64,000 bases of DNA from Squalus acanthias (taxonomy: Eukaryota), in the NCBI GenBank assembly GCA_030390025.1, contig CM059432.1, forward strand, positions 11,780,001 to 11,844,000. Reading direction: 5' to 3'. The notes under the pieces are model-generated. The model saw only the letters and a program-made list of their open reading frames with translations, was not told the DNA's origin and searched no databases. Position 1 is the first letter of the stretch; each line of letters opens with the position of its first letter. Made by a program: the position numbers and the translations under genes. This document shows positions 1 through 11,959 of the stretch, one piece after another.

Positions 1-180
1 CTCTGAACACCAACATTTAATGGTTTCTCACCATTTAATAGTTTCTCACCATTTAAAAAATATTCTGTTTTCCTATTCTTCCTACCAAAGTGAATAACCT
101 CACATTTCCCCACATTATACTCCATCTGCCACCTTATTGCCCACTCACTTAACCTGTCTATGTCCCTTTGCAGACTCTTT

Positions 181-1079
181 GGGGGAGAAATTCAGTATCG
201 CCCCATTTGGGGCGCAATTATCGGCCGGGCGCAAAGATTAGCGCCTGGCGCTAATTATCGCCACCGACTGCAAACTTGACTTTTATCGCCCCTGGAGGTG
301 ATTGGAGCGCTAAATCAGGCGCTTCACACCTGTCTTAAGGCGCAAAGGCCGAGGAGCGAGGCGCTAACTCAGAGCGCTGGCGAAGCTCATGTGATGTCAG
401 TCAGCAATGGAACACACACACAATGGCACGGGCCAGTTCTTAAAGGGGAGGGTTGATCTTGCTTTCCATCCACATCCTGCTCATTGCTGCCTTGAATCTC
501 GGCCCGGAGAGACCTGTACATCAAACCTTCAGGAAAGAACAATGGAGAGGCCCAGGGAAAGAGCTCAGAGTGCAGCCCCCACAATCTCTTCTAAATCGAT
601 ACAAGGAAGGGCAAATCAAAATGAACCTGCAAAGTGCTGCTCAGTACCCAAAACTCCTTCACACAGAGTTGAATCTCTCCGGAAGTCTCTCTCTCTCTCT
701 CTCTCTCTCAGACTGCGTGGTTCAAAGATGTCACCAACAATAAAAGGCAGGAAGCGGTCGCCTTTAAATAGCGCTCCCCCAGTCCCTTCCTGACTGCAAA
801 ACGCTCCCCTCAACCTGTCGTTGCTAGCGGCAGGCGGTAAGGCAGGGGGCGCCACTCAATATCCACTCCGGGGCGCTACCGGGGCGTTGCGCACTCGACT
901 GACGTCACGGTCTGCCGGCGCAGGAGATCGTGGCGGTAGTATTTAGCGCCGCCGCAAAATGTCTAGTTAATTTCTCGAGCGGCGTAAACATTGCCGCACC
1001 CGGGCGCTAGTTGCTTTGCGCCCCATTATCGCCCTCTAAAGGCGCTAACGGGAGGCGCATCCAACTGAATTTTTCCCCC
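181..1079. mobile_element. GC-rich non-autonomous DNA element (Harbinger-like MITE) inserted in a CR1 fragment
   Basis: TIRs gggggagaaattcagt / actgaatttttccccc; 3-bp TSD ttt; CR1 sequence is contiguous across it (gactcttt|gtgtcc). Confidence 0.75.
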
Positions 1080-1843
1080 TTTGTGTCCTCCTCACAGCTT
1101 ACTTTCCTACCTAGCTTTGTATCATCAGCAAACTTGGATACATTACACTCGGTCCCTTCATCTAAGTCATTAATATAGATTGTAAATAGCTGAGGCCCAA
1201 GCACTGATCCTTGTGACACCCCACTAGTTATGGCCTGCCAACCTGAAAATGACCTGTTTATCCCTACTCTCTGTTTTCTGTCTGTTAACCAATCCTCTAT
1301 CCATGCTAATACATCACCCCCAACCTAATCTACCCCAATATGTTTATTTATTGGTGGTGTATGTATGTTGAGGGAAGAATACTTGGTCAGCGCTGGGAGT
1401 CAAAAAGTGCCATGGGACCATTTACATTTGCCTAAACCATTAGTACAGACGTCAGCCTAAATTCTGTGCTCAAGTCCTGATGTGGGTCTTGAACCTACAA
1501 CTTGGGGCTTAGGAGCCGAGGTTGCTACCAACTGAACCAGGCTGGCACTCTGAGTAAGGTCGGGACAATCACATATAAGGGCAGTGCAAACGAGATGCAA
1601 ATTTATGATAATTTTGTAGCTGTTTTATGTGTTCTGTCTAAAAGTTTCAAACCAAACTTGTGCTTTCATAAATGCTTCAGAAACGTTGCAAAGATTGTCA
1701 CAAACTCCTGTTGCTATTGTCAATTTCGGATGCTGAAAATGTACGGCTTTGGTTAGAAACAAGAATTGCAGTTTGTTTGTTAATAGTTCCGACAGAGAAT
1801 TCCCCGTGCAAATTTCCCTTGTAACCATCTATCTGTTGTCCAG

Positions 1844-2017
1844 GTGTCCAGGCTAAGCAGTTTCTTACCTCGGATGAACCGCCAACCGTTTTTCCCAACC
1901 ATACAAACAGCCTCCATGCTCAATTCCTACCCCGTGGAAGCCGCCATATTTGGTATAATGGGGGCTGTGTATTTTCTGTGTGGCAGAGTATTTAGCAGCA
2001 GGTGGAAAAGACCGAAG
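1844..2017 (+). CDS. SPIRE1: SPIRE1 alternative exon (Spire1C / mitochondria-targeting exon-like), VSRLSSFLPRMNRQPFFPTIQTASMLNSYPVEAAIFGIMGAVYFLCGRVFSSRWKRPK
   Basis: Acceptor tgttgtccag|GTG at 1843/1844 and donor AAG|gtttgc at 2017/2018; 174 nt = 58 codons, phase 0-0. Contains the TIQTAS..EAA.FG..GA.Y.LC.R.F.SRWK pattern of mouse Spire1C exon C (recalled) and lies just upstream of the [10 protein letters not shown] exon. Confidence 0.88.
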
Positions 2018-2354
2018 GTTTGCCGCTTTGCCCTCTCTGAAATACTCCTTTTCAAAAAAAAAAATCTTTCTCGCTTTCCGAGCAGGCGCAATCCCAGGTT
2101 GCATTACTAGATCATTGCTATCTGCTTTGGTGGGCGTTCCATATCTGATTGACACTGATTTTATTTTTGTCTTTGCTGTTTTATCTTTTTGGAGGGCGAG
2201 ATGATGATGTTTAATGCCAATCATTTTTTACTTCAGAAAATGTGTTTAATGCTTTATGCGCTGTAGGCCAAGAAACATTACATAATCATGGAACTACACC
2301 CTCCTCACAGTGAGCACCTCTGTTTCGGTTTTTGTAGCAAATTGCAATGACTGT

Positions 2355-2828
2355 TATGAACATAAGAATTAGGAGCAGGAGTCGGCCATTCGGCCCCTCG
2401 AGCCTGCTCCGCCATTCATTAGATCATGGCTGATCTTTGGCCTCAACTCCACTTCCCTGCCCGCTCCCCATAACCCTTGACTCCCTTACCTTTCAAAAAT
2501 CTGTCTATCTCCACCTTAAATATATTCAATGACCCAGCCTCCACAGCTCTCTGGGGAAGAGAATTCCAAAGATTCACGACCCTCTGAGAGAAGAAATTCC
2601 TCCTCATCTCCGATTTAAATGGGTGCCCCCTTATTCTGAAACTATGCCCCCTAGTTCTAGATTCCCCCACGAGGGGAAACATCCTCTCTGCATCTACCCT
2701 GTCAAGCCCCTTCAGAATCTTATATGTTTCAATAAGATCCCCTCTCATTCTTCTAAACTCCAATGAGTATAGGCCCAACCTGCTCAACCTTTCTTCATAA
2801 GACAACCCCTTCATCTCCGGAATCAACC
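2355..2828 (-). mobile_element. CR1 LINE 3' fragment
   Basis: ORF 2443..2826 (RRMRGDLIETYK...RVVNLWNSLP); nearly identical to 48455-49055. Confidence 0.9.
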
Positions 2829-3574
2829 TTGAAGTAGGAGCAGGAGTAGGCCATACGGCCCCTGTTGTTGTAACTGAGGTGATGGATCCCTGTTTCCGAA
2901 CCCCTGTAAAAGTCTGACGCTCAGATTTTCTTCACCTCAAAGACAATAATGCTCTTCCTGTTGAAAGGGTAACTCGGGAGAGCATTGGTTTAAATCTCTC
3001 CCTATTTCATTAAACATGATGCATAATTCAGCAAAAGAAACCTCCTCGGCTCTTTAACTCTCCCTGGTTAAAGTGTTGGATTGTTCAAGTGGAAATGTTT
3101 TCTGGCCTACAGCCACATTGTAACTTGATTTCTCGCCCTCCCGTTATGGTTAAAGAAATCAAGGACTAATCACATTGCGGAAATGATGCTTGTGAGCGCT
3201 CTGTGTGATAACTTTAGCAATGCTGTCGCTGTGTGTTTTTTGAGAGTGATTCCTCGACCTATATTGTTTCTTCACGATCCTGTGCACTTCTGTGTGTGAA
3301 ATATTCTCTTTTTGAATTGAATGTATTTCTTTGCAGTGGTTTTGTTTATAGGTAGGTTGGACAAACTTTCTGACAGAGGTGCACAAGATGTGGGTTTATT
3401 TTCTCCCTGTCAGACAAACTTACCAATCCCTTTGAAGGAAGGTGGATACGAACTCTCGGTGTTAGCTACATGGGCACCACACAGTACTCGGTAAAATCTG
3501 TCCGACTCCCTCAGTTGTAGAGAAAGACGAGGTCAAAGTTGTAGATCTCAACTGTGGTTCCTGCAGCATGGTGA

Positions 3575-4030
3575 GCAGCTGTGGCTCAGTGGGTAGCGCA
3601 TTTGCCTCTGAGTCAGAAGGTTGTGGGTTCAAGTCCCACTCCAGAGACTTGAGCACAAAAATCCAGGCTGGCAGTGCTGAGGGAGTGCTGCACTGTCGGA
3701 GGTGCCGTCTTTCAGATGAGATGTTAAACCGAAGCCCCGTCTGCTCTCAGGTGGACGTAAAAGATCCCATGGCACTATTTCGAAAAAGAGCAGGGGAGTT
3801 ATTCCCAGTGTCCTGGGGCCAATATTTATCCCTCAACCACCATAACAAAAACAGATTATTTGGTCATTATCACGTTGCTGTTTGTGGGACCTTGCTGTGT
3901 GCAAATTGGCTGCTGCGTTTCCTACACTGCAACAGTGACTACACTTCAAAAAAAGTACTTCATTGGCTGTAAAGCGCTTTGGGACGTCTGGTGGTCGTGA
4001 AAGGCGCTGTAGAAATGCAAGTCTTTCTTT
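3575..4030 (+). mobile_element. tRNA-derived SINE with Deu-domain-like core and L2-type tail (DeuSINE, SacSINE1-like)
   Basis: A box tggctcagtgg, B box ggttcaagtcc, core ggaggtgccgtctttc.gatgag, tail aaatgcaagtctttcttt. Confidence 0.85.
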
Positions 4031-4038
4031 TGATGAGC

Positions 4039-4853
4039 TCGGGTCGCCAACCCTCCAGGATTGCCCTGGAGTCTCCAGGAGTTAAAGACTAATCTCCGGG
4101 ACACTGCAAGAGCAAACTGGGAGAAAAATTATAGGGGCATTCAAATAAATTTCTACTTTATTTGAACACTTTCATTGATCAGTTATAAAACTATTGTGAC
4201 ATGGGGGAACGAAGACTGTTGAATGGCAGTGTCCAATCGGCCAACTTTCCGATTGGCGCAGGAAGGGGGTGCTGAATGAGGATTGACAGGTCAGACGACC
4301 AATGGCGGGAGTGTGGGGGCGGGGCAGTTGGAGGCAGAGGTCAAAAAAAGAAAGAAAAGAAAGACTTGCCTTTCTATAGCGCCTTTCACAACCACTGGAC
4401 GTCCCAAAGCGCTTTACAGCCAATGAAGTACTTTTTGAAGAGTAGTCACTGTTGCAATGAAGGAAACACAACAGCCAATTTGCGCACAGCAAGCTCCCAC
4501 AAGCAGCAATGTGATAATGACCAGATAATCTGCTTTTGTTATGTTGATTGAGGGATAAATATTGACCAGGACACCGGGGATAACTCCCCTGCTCTTCTCC
4601 AAAATAGTGCCATGGGATCATTTACGTCCACCTGACAGGGCAGACGGGGCCTCGGTTTAATGTCATCCGAAAGACGGCACCTCCAACAGTGCAGCACTCC
4701 CTCGGTACTGGCACTGGGAGTGTCAGCCGAGATTTTTGTGCTCAAGTCTCTGGAGTGGGACTTGAACCCACAACATTCTGACTCCGAGGGGAGGGTGCTG
4801 CCCACTGACACAGGTCATGTGATGAAACCTCCCACCTAGAGTTGGCAGGCCGA
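4039..4853. mobile_element. hAT-type MITE with a nested SINE
   Basis: Imperfect TIRs tcgggtcgccaac / gttggcaggccga; 8-bp TSD tgatgagc at 4031-4038 and 4854-4861. Confidence 0.75.
4344..4811 (-). mobile_element. Same SINE family, nested in the hAT MITE
   Basis: Reverse-complement copy; TSD aggtca at 4338-4343 and 4812-4817. Confidence 0.85.
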
Positions 4854-6062
4854 TGATGAGCAGAGACGAGGTGCTATCGTCCGAAGGGGATCATTCCCAG
4901 GCCATTGAATGACTAAAACGCAGCTTTGGAATTTGGGCCTGCCTCTGTTGACGGCAGGAAATTCAGGACCTGTTCAGAGAGAAAATGGGAGAGGGGGGGG
5001 GGGAGATTTTATTTTTAAATCACTAGGCAAGATAGCATTGTAAATGCAGAATTAGTAGTGATTTCTGAGACAGGTGCAAAATCAGATATTATTTACCTTT
5101 TTTTTTATAGCACTGTGCAGAGTTTTTGGCACTTACAAATTTGTTCGATATTTATTCCTTCTCCCCGCCATACGCAGCGACCAATCCCGCACTCAGCAAA
5201 CCTCCGCTCACCAGAAATGTTGGACAGTGTTATCTATTCTCCAGTTTTATAAAGAATTTTGCTGTATTTTGCAAAAAAAAATCAATATTTTATTTAAGAA
5301 TCAAAATTCTGGGGCAATTTGTAAAGCAAAACTAATTGCCACACGCCGTTATTATACTGCTGTGAGCTGTTACTCAGAATACACAGGGTAGTTGAGTGGA
5401 CTGCTCCTCCCCAATGGGACAAACTCCATTTATTTACAAAATCATGGGAATTAATTCATGGCACCAGACAAAGGATTTTCTTACAAGCATAGAATGATAC
5501 AGCACAGAAGGAGGCCATTCGGCCCAGCGTGCCTGTGCCGGCTCTTTGAAAGAGCTATCCAATTAGTCCCACGCATTCCCCTGCTCTTTCCCCAATTTTT
5601 CCTTTTCAAGTATATATCCAATTTCCCTTGTGAACGTTGAAATCAGTTGTAAAAATTAGTCGTGTTTGATAAGGGCTGCCTGCTTTCTTCCCTCTCCAGC
5701 CACTGTGAAGGTTCTTTGCAACCAGAGCTTCACTGTATTGAACTGTCGACAGATTGATTTTCCCCATCCTAAGAGAGTTGACTTTGTTTGCTAGTCAAGT
5801 AAGCAGTCATACTGTTGACAAACATGTCTAATATACATATAATAGAATAATACCTCTTGTGGTAGAGTAGTGAAATCCATTCAGAAGGCCCAAGTTTCAG
5901 CCTTCAGTTTTGACTGTCACTCATTGTTTCAATGTTCCATTGCTCTTAATGGATGAGGTTTCTCCAGCCTGCTCGATGGAACCCCTTTGCTACGGTAGAC
6001 TTTTGGGGAGGAAAGAGGACATAGCAGGAAAATCCCAAGGATAATCATGCCCAGCACCCCCA

Positions 6063-6420
6063 CAACAATAACAACTTGCATTTATGTAGCACCTTTCACA
6101 TAGTAAAATGTCCCGAGGCACTTCACAGGAGCGATTATCCAACAAAATTGGACACCGAGCCACATAAGGAGAAATTAGGGCGGGTGACCAAAAAGCTTGG
6201 TCAAAGAGGTAGGTTTTAAGGAGCGCCTTAAAGGAGGAGAGAGAGGTAGAGAGGCGGAGAGGTTTGGGGAGGGAGTTCCAGAGCTTAGGGCCCAGGCAAC
6301 TGAAGGCACGGCCACCAATGGTGGAGCGATTAAAATCGGGGATGCTCAAGAGGCCAGAATTGGAAGAGCGCAGATATCTCTGGGGGCGGGAGGGGGGTTG
6401 TGGGGCTGGAGGAGATGACA
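6063..6420 (-). mobile_element. L2-clade LINE 3' end (related pieces at about 14340-14885 +, 41210-41550 +, 53990-54210 +, 38230-38478 -, 22850-23095 -)
   Basis: GGRAFSCLGPKLWNSLP...SFKALLKTYLFDQAF C-terminus and ataaatgcaagttgttattgttg tail. Confidence 0.8.
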
Positions 6421-6682
6421 GAGATACATACCCATTGCTCATCTGTAATTCAGAAATATCTGCTAATGTTTCGAATTTTCTGCGTGTGTGTGTGTGTGTG
6501 AGTTCCCCTTTGAGGCAATGAGTGGTGCCCATGTACCCGTTACCCGCCTTTCCTGATCTTATTTTGGAATGATTCTTACACCAACAACAACAAAAAAAAT
6601 ACAAATTAAAAACAAATGTGCTAACTGGCTTGTTAAAGAGAACTGTGAATGGTGAGCAGCTAATGTGCGACTTGTGTTACAG

Positions 6683-6820
6683 GAGGAGTTCTGCTATCCT
6701 GTGGAATGCCTGGCACTGACTGTGGAGGAAGTGATGCACATCCGACAGGTCTTAGTGAAAGCAGAACTCGAGAAGTACCAGCAGTACAAAGATGTCTACA
6801 CGGCCCTGAAGAAGGGAAAG
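6683..6820 (+). CDS. SPIRE1: SPIRE1 exon, Spir-box region ([46 protein letters not shown])
   Basis: ttacag|GAG ... AAG|gttggt; 138 nt, phase 0-0; near-identical to vertebrate SPIRE1. Confidence 0.97.
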
Positions 6821-7865
6821 GTTGGTTTAGTCCTTTGCAGAAATTTGTTTCAACCAGTTTGTCAATGCCCCTCATTACTCTTCATGATGACCTTATGTTT
6901 TTATATATTTCTTTGAAAAAAATTTTAAAAACTTTTTTTGCATTTTTCTCCCTTGCTCCACTCCCCGCTTCCCACTCTATGGGAGAATCGCACAGACATC
7001 ACGGTCTAGAAATTGGATCTCGCAGCACCCATTTTTAGGGTGAGAAACAGGCGCTGAAGGGCCCATATGGCGTGCAGCACTCATTCAGCGATGGGTATAA
7101 AAAAGAAAGACTTGCATTTCTATAGCGCCTTTCACGACCGCCGGACGTCTCAAACCGCTTTACAGCCAATGAAGTACTTTTGGAGTGTAGTCACTGTTGT
7201 AATGTAGGAATAAAGTATAATGTATAATGTTATAGTGTATGCACCACACGCCATCATTTTTAGGGAGCCCTGTAGTTGTCCAGGTAGCTCACCTGAAACA
7301 GGCGTTCGGCCCATTCCCTGTGCAAATCCGGGGCCGAACGCCTATTTCAGGCCCTTGTCTGATATTGGATTGCGACTGCCTGCAGCACGCATGGTCAGGT
7401 GAACAGCAGCCAAATCAGCAGTCTTTAAAGGGACCGCTAGATGCTGTCACCAAAATGGTCAGTAGCAAATCTTTCCTTACCGGAACTGTGGAGCCAGAAG
7501 GAGCACGTTCAAACTGGGGGTCACTGCGGACCGCTGCTCACCTCCGCTCAATCTCCACCACCCCCCCCCCCCCCCAGCCCCCGACTCACGGTAGGTCTGG
7601 TCTCTGGAAAATCAGGGAAAAAAGCATTCATAAGAACATAAGAAATAGGAGCAGAAGTAGGCCATTCGGCCCTTCGAGCCTGCTCCGCCATTCAATGAGA
7701 TCATGGTTGATCTTCTATCTCAATTCCATTCACCGGCCTTACCGCCATATCCCTTGATGCCCTTACTAGTCAGAAATCTATCGACTTCTGTTTTGAATAT
7801 ACTCAATGACTGAGCCTCCACAGCCCTCTGGGGTAGAGAATTCCAAAGATTCACCACCCTCTGTG

Positions 7866-9118
7866 TAGGGTTGCAAAATTCCTGGAATTTTTAAAAGAGG
7901 AAACTTTCCATGGGAATTTTTGGGAATTTATGGGAATTTTGAGTTTTTTTGCACACTGATGGTTTTTGTCTCTGACCCTTATGTTATCTTTGTCATCAAA
8001 ATAGACATACTGTTCCATACAAATAAAAACAGGCTTTCAAAACTTTATTTAGGTTATAATTCCCTTCCACCAGGTATGTGCACTGATATGCTTGCATGAT
8101 TCCCATATCCCGTCCCCATTCCAAAGATCTTGCTTGGTAGAGAACTTTGCCAGACTTCCCAGAACTTCGCCCACGTCCAGATTGAGGTGGCGAGAGAGGG
8201 TAGAAATCACACTGTAAGCGCTGTTGATCTGTTCTCCAGAAAGTATTGGTCTCCCAACATGCTTTGTGTCCAGCATGTATGCTGCAGCATGAATCGGCTT
8301 GACACAAAATTCTTGACGCGTCTGTATGAATTGAACAATTGCCTTCTCCTCTGCTTTGAGCAGTAGGGATGTGGGTAGGGCAATGCTGATTTGTTCTTTT
8401 AAATCAGCAAAAAGCCTGAGAACATCTGACAAGACAGCGTCATCTCCTTCAATCTGAGCAATTGCAGATGCTACTGGTGAGAGTAGTTTAAGGCTGCTAA
8501 CCACTCTCTCCCAAAACACATCATCCAGCAGTATTTTCTTGATGGTGGTTTCCATATCCCCAGACTGGGATATTGCCATTTCTTGCAGCGACTCCTTACC
8601 CTCCAGAAGGCTGTTGTACATTATGACAACGCCACCCCATCTGACGGTAAACGTGGCATTGTTCTATGCAGAGAAATAAAGGGCATTCGTCTCTGTGTCA
8701 AACTGCGGTTGATCAGCACGATTGCAACAGGCCAGGGTGAGTAAATTTTTCCTGATGCTCCATGTGATGGAAGCATGACCTGTGCACGCACGACGCTACA
8801 TCACCAATAGAGGGAGCTAATCGCTCATCCACTCATCCAACCAATCGGGACACATTTGTTCACAGTCACACACAAAACTTGTAATTATTAAAACAAGCCA
8901 AGTAAGAAGATAAACATATATTGATTAAGAAATTCCTTAATAATTAAGATTCCACCTCTGTTAGTAATTTTAAGAGAGGACCTGTAAAAAAAAAAGAAAG
9001 ACAAAAAAAAACCAATAATATGCTAGCATGTGCTTTTTTGGGCAAAATTCCCAAGCTAAACTTCCTGTGGAAAATTTCCGGAAATTTACCGGAAACTTTC
9101 CACCCCTTTGCAACCCCA
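7866..9118 (-). mobile_element. Internally deleted hAT-superfamily DNA transposon nested in the CR1
   Basis: TIRs tagggttgcaaa (7866-7877) and tttgcaacccca (9107-9118); 8-bp TSD cctctgtg (7858-7865, 9119-9126); ORF 8049..8621 is a transposase-like fragment (RWG upstream, FW..V...L, PIHAAAYMLD, WW). Confidence 0.9.
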
Positions 9119-11933
9119 CCTCTGTGTAAAGAAATTTCTTCTCATCTCAGTCCTGAATGGCCTACCCTTTATCCTGAGGCTGTGGCCCCTGGTTCTAGAC
9201 TCCCCAGCCAAGGGAAACATTCTCCCAGCATCCACCCTATCAAGCTCTGTAATAATTTTGTATGCTTCAATGAGATCCCCTCTCATTCTTCTGAATTCAA
9301 GAGAATACAGGCCTAGTTTACTCAATCTCTTCTCATACGACAGTCCCGCCATCCCAGGAATCAATCTCGTGAATCTTCGTTGCACTCCCTCTATGGCAAG
9401 TATATCCTTCCTTAGGTAAGGAGACCAAAATTGTACACAGTACTCCAGGTGTGGTCTCACCAAGGCCCTATATAATTGGAGTAAGATTTCTTTACTCCTG
9501 TACTCAAATCCTCTTGTAATGAAGGCCAGCATACCATTTGCCTTCCTAATGGCTTGCTGCACCTGCACATTCACTTTCAGTGACTCATGTACAAGGACAC
9601 CCAGGTCCCTTTGAGCATCTGCATTCCCCAATCTTTCACCATTGAGGAAATGACTCTGCCTTTCTGTTTTTTCTACCAAAGTGGATAACTTCACATTTAT
9701 CCACATTATATTCCATCTGCCATGTTCTTACCCACTCACTGAGCCTGTTGAGATCCCCTTGAAGCCTCTTCACATCCTGTTTGCAACTGATACTGCCACC
9801 TAGCTTTGTATCATCAGCAAATTTGGAAATGTTACATTTAGTCCCCTCATCCAAATCATTGATATAGATTGTGAATAGCTGGGGCCCAAGCACCGATCCT
9901 TGCGGTACCCCACTAGTTACAGCCTGCCATCCTGAAAAAGACCCGTTTATCCCTACTCTTTGTTTTCTGTCTGTTAACCAATTCTCAGTCCATGCTAGTA
10001 TATTACCCCCAATTCCATGTGCCCTAACTTTGTTCACCAACCTCTTGTGTGGGACCTTATTGAAGGCCTTCTGAAAATCCAGATACACCACATCTACCGG
10101 TTTCCCTTTGTCTACTCCACTAGTTACATCCTCAAAGAACTCCAATAGGTTTGTTAAACAGGATTTCCCTTTCATAAATCCATGTTGACTCTGCCCAATC
10201 TTACTATTAGTTTCTAAGTGCCCAGTTATTGCATCCTTTATAATAGATTCCAGCATTTTCCCAACTACTGATGTGAGGCTAACAGGTCTGTAGTTCCCCG
10301 TTTTCTCTCTCCCTCCTTTCTTAAATAGCGGGGTTACATTTGCTATCCTCCAATCTGCAGGAACCGTTCCAGAATCTATAGAATTTTGGAAGATGACAAC
10401 CAATGCGTCCACTATCTCAATGGCCACCTCTTTCAAAACCCTAGGATGTAGGTCATCTGGTCCTTGGGATTTATCGACTTTTAGTCCCATTAATTTTGCT
10501 AGTACTGTTGTTTTACTAATAATAATTTCTTTAAGTTCCTCATTCTCGCCACACCCTTGGTTTTCTCGTATTTCTTGGAGGTTTTTTGTGTCTTCCTCCG
10601 TGAAGACAGAAACAAAGTAGTTATTTAATTTCTCTGCCATTTCCTCATTCCTCATTATAAATTCTCCCATCTCTGCCTGTAAAGGACCTACATTTACCTT
10701 CGCCAGTCTTTTCCTTTTCACATGCCTATAGAAGCTTTTACAATCTGTTTTTATATTTTTCGCTAGTTTGTGCTCATATTCCATTTTCCCTTTCTTTATC
10801 AATTTCTTGGTCCCCCTTTGCTGATTTCTAAAAAGATCCCAATCCTCAGGCTGACCGCTTTTTCTGGCAACTTTATAACCTTCCTCCTTTGACTTAATAC
10901 TAGCTTTAATTTCTTTTGTTAGCCATGGTTGGATCACTTTTCCTTTTAGGTTTTTATGCCCTAGAGGAATATATGTTTGTTGCAAATTATGCATTATTTC
11001 CTTGAATGTTAGCCATTCTATGTCTACCTTCATACCTTTTAGTGTAGTCTCCCAATTTACCATGGCCAACTTCTCCCTCATACCCTTGTAGTTTCCTCTG
11101 TTTAGATTGAAGACCTTAGTTTCAGATTGGACTACATCACTCTCAAACTTAATATAAAATTCAATCATATTATGGTCACTTGTCCCTAAAGGCCTCTTTA
11201 CAACAAGATTATTGATTAGCCCTTTCTCATTACACAGTACCAGATCCAGAATAGCCTGTTCCCTGGTTGGTTCCTCCACATACTGATCCAGGAAACCATC
11301 TCGCATGCATTCCAAGAATTCGTCCTCCACACCATAAGTGGTAATTTGATTTGCCCAGTCAATATGTAGATTAAAGTCCCCCATGATTACCGTATTGCCC
11401 TTGTTACATGCACTTCTAATCTCTTGATTGATACTGTGCCCTACATTACCACTACTGTTTGGTGGCCTATACAGAACTCCCACCAATGTTTCCCGCCCTT
11501 TGCTGTTTCTTAGCTCCACCCAAACTGATTCCAGTTCTACATCACGATCTGCCAAGCCAGGATCTTTTATCTCTACCGTACCGATCTCATCCCTTATTAA
11601 CAGCAATACGCCACCTCCATTTCCTTTTTGTCTGTCCTTCCTAAATGTTGAGTAACCTGGAATATTCAGTTCCCAGCTTTGGTTACCCTGCAACCATGTC
11701 TCTGTAATGGCAATTACATCATACCCATTTACTTCTGTTAGTGCCATTAATTCATGCGCCTTGTTGCGAATGCTACGTGCATTTAGATAAAGTGCCTTCA
11801 ACTTTGCCTGTTTAATATTTTTCCGCACTTTGACCCTCTTTACTGTTGGCCTTTGTTTCTGCTCCCTACTAGTTTTGCTGACTACTTTTCTAACTTGCAC
11901 TTCCAGCTTTGTTTCTCTCCGTTCTGGGCCCAC
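9119..11933 (-). pseudogene. CR1 ORF2: APE endonuclease plus reverse transcriptase (one frameshift near 9650)
   Basis: YLNARS, ITETW, YRPP, GDFN and SDHN endonuclease motifs; [22 protein letters not shown] and FADD RT motifs. Confidence 0.95.
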
Positions 11934-11959
11934 ACTTAGGTTCCCAGCCCCCTGACAAA

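Noticed and set aside
3575..3650. tRNA gene
   Set aside because: A/B boxes belong to the tRNA-derived head of a multi-copy SINE; no complete cloverleaf.
5178..5228. Candidate extra SPIRE1 exon (RPIPHSANLRSPEMLDS)
   Set aside because: Plausible acceptor but only a weak in-frame donor, and no recognisable SPIRE similarity.
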